Part shown: positions 31,203 to 32,000 of the stretch, in pieces
Numbering within the stretch: the stretch's first letter is position 1
How the letters are laid out: each line of letters begins with the position of its first letter
Assembly: GCF_001306055.1 (NCBI RefSeq)
Contig: NZ_LGHJ01000011.1
Coordinates: forward strand, 30,001-62,000
Length of the DNA: 32,000 nucleotides
Source of the DNA: Bellilinea caldifistulae
GTDB taxonomy: Bacteria > Chloroflexota > Anaerolineae > Anaerolineales > Anaerolineaceae
Reading direction: 5' to 3'
Program-made: the position numbers and the translations under genes
Notes under the pieces: model-generated
Told to the model about the DNA's origin: nothing
Seen by the model: the letters and a program-made list of their open reading frames with translations, nothing else
Database searches by the model: none

Positions 31203-31253
31203 TCATGTGGCACCCCCCTATATTTTTCTGGCACAATGGTACGGATAAGATTT
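31185..31253. repeat. Perfect 19-bp inverted repeat with 31-nt spacer
   Basis: AAATCTTATCCGTACCATT (31185-31203) and AATGGTACGGATAAGATTT (31235-31253) are exact reverse complements. The spacer contains C6 and TATATTTTT. It lies between the WGR gene stop and the wHTH-nuclease gene start. Confidence 0.9.
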
Positions 31254-31270
31254 CCCCGCCGCACCCGTCC

Positions 31271-31501
31271 TCACCTCGCCGAAAAACGGTATCCGCGCCG
31301 AATCTTGCGCCGGGCAATCCGCTCCGCCAGTCGGCGGGCGTGGGTCTCGTCCTCGCACGGGATACAGCGCCAGCGTTCATAGCCCGAACGCAGGCTACCC
31401 CACCCGCACACCACCGCCCAAGCATCCAAGAGGGTCGCCTGAACCCCCACCACATACCAGCGGTGGATATTCCGTTCAGGGTCATTGCGGATGAGGCGCA
31501 T
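31271..31501 (-). CDS. Stand-alone WGR-domain protein (76 aa)
   Basis: NIHRWYVVGVQATLLDAWAVVCGWGSLRSGYERWRCIPCEDETHARRLAERIARRKIRRGY follows the WGR pattern (RFYxl.v...l.g.w.v...WGRiG..G......f.....A......l...K...GY). Confidence 0.7.
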   Translation of the reverse strand: MRLIRNDPERNIHRWYVVGVQATLLDAWAVVCGWGSLRSGYERWRCIPCEDETHARRLAERIARRKIRRGYRFSAR

Positions 31502-31515
31502 CAGGGCATTTTACC

Positions 31516-31980
31516 TCACGGCTCGTACTTGCGAATCTCGGCATCGAACAGCAGGTAAGTCAGGATTTGCAGGTCGAGGTACAGCAGAAAGCCGGGGTCA
31601 TCATCCGCCTCCGAACCATCCGGCAGCAGTTCCACCGCCACCCCCTCTTGATTATCACCCCGCAGGTAGAGAATGTCGGTCACCCGCCAGTCCAGCACGC
31701 TCTCGTTGACCTCACCCTGCGAGTTGCCGGTGACTACATCCACCGCCCGCTTGACCGGCAGCAGGAAGCCGTTGTCCAGAATCACCGCCGGAAGGTCGTA
31801 CTCGCCCTGACCCCGCAGGATGACATCCCGCACCATCCGCTCGGCAGCGTTCTCGTTCAGCCAGTCCAGCAGGCAGACCGGCTTTGCCTCAGCCACCACC
31901 CGCATGACGATACAGCCATGCTCCGGGCAGCGCTCGAACTCGTCCAGATTGTAGTCATGCTTGCGAAAGGCAAAACTCAT
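31516..31980 (-). CDS. Hypothetical acidic protein (154 aa)
   Basis: ATG 31980 with AAGAGG 8 nt upstream. The composition looks protein-like. No family recognised. Confidence 0.6.
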   Translation of the reverse strand: MSFAFRKHDYNLDEFERCPEHGCIVMRVVAEAKPVCLLDWLNENAAERMVRDVILRGQGEYDLPAVILDNGFLLPVKRAVDVVTGNSQGEVNESVLDWRVTDILYLRGDNQEGVAVELLPDGSEADDDPGFLLYLDLQILTYLLFDAEIRKYEP

Positions 31981-32000
31981 CCTAGCCGCCTCTTTCGCTT

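Noticed and set aside
31204-31234. TGGCAC motifs in the spacer of the 19-bp inverted repeat as a sigma54 (-24/-12) promoter
   Set aside because: The GG-N10-GC spacing with a TTGC -12 element is not present after either TGGCAC, and the orientation is wrong for the downstream minus-strand gene.

Overview
By eye (GC not computed), the window has three blocks.

(1) nt 1-7100, + strand: the 3' part of an RHS/YD-repeat polymorphic-toxin locus.
- It encodes an RHS protein of at least 1692 aa ending in an HExxH metallopeptidase toxin domain, followed by a lipoprotein immunity candidate.
- Next comes an orphan RHS C-terminal toxin module, preceded by a 173-bp, ~98% identical copy of the RHS core end.
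- A small membrane immunity candidate and a third, decayed RHS core fragment follow.
- These cassettes, plus two unknown minus-strand genes (7113-8252), form an AT-rich island (~4400-8390).

(2) nt 8382-29087, - strand: one tightly packed, translationally coupled ~20.6-kb high-GC operon. A sigma70-like promoter with a leader hairpin sits at its 5' end and a rho-independent terminator at its 3' end.
- It carries a secretin-less Tad/Flp pilus gene set: cpaB, tadZ/cpaE, tadA/cpaF, tadB, tadC, a prepilin peptidase, a 53-aa Flp pilin missing from the ORF track, and two TadE-like pseudopilins.
- Interleaved with these are a 1108-aa Ig-repeat surface protein, an ICMT-type methyltransferase, a ClpP-fold peptidase, and a 1124-aa HerA/VirB4/T4CP-like ATPase with a ~250-aa S/T/G/Q low-complexity insertion.
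- Several unknown membrane or secreted proteins are also present, and the penultimate gene is a coiled-coil + wHTH + PD-(D/E)xK-like (Replic_Relax-like) protein.

(3) nt 29122-32000, - strand: a membrane protein, vapBC, a paralogue of the wHTH-nuclease protein next to a perfect 19-bp inverted repeat, a WGR-domain protein and one unknown ORF.

Main hypothesis (inference): blocks 2 and 3 are a horizontally acquired module that couples a Tad-type pilus to a DNA-translocase-like ATPase and DNA-processing proteins. This would be a candidate undescribed transfer system in a probably monoderm, Chloroflexota-like host.

I saw no rRNA, tRNA or CRISPR. All family calls come from motif recognition by eye; no database search was run.
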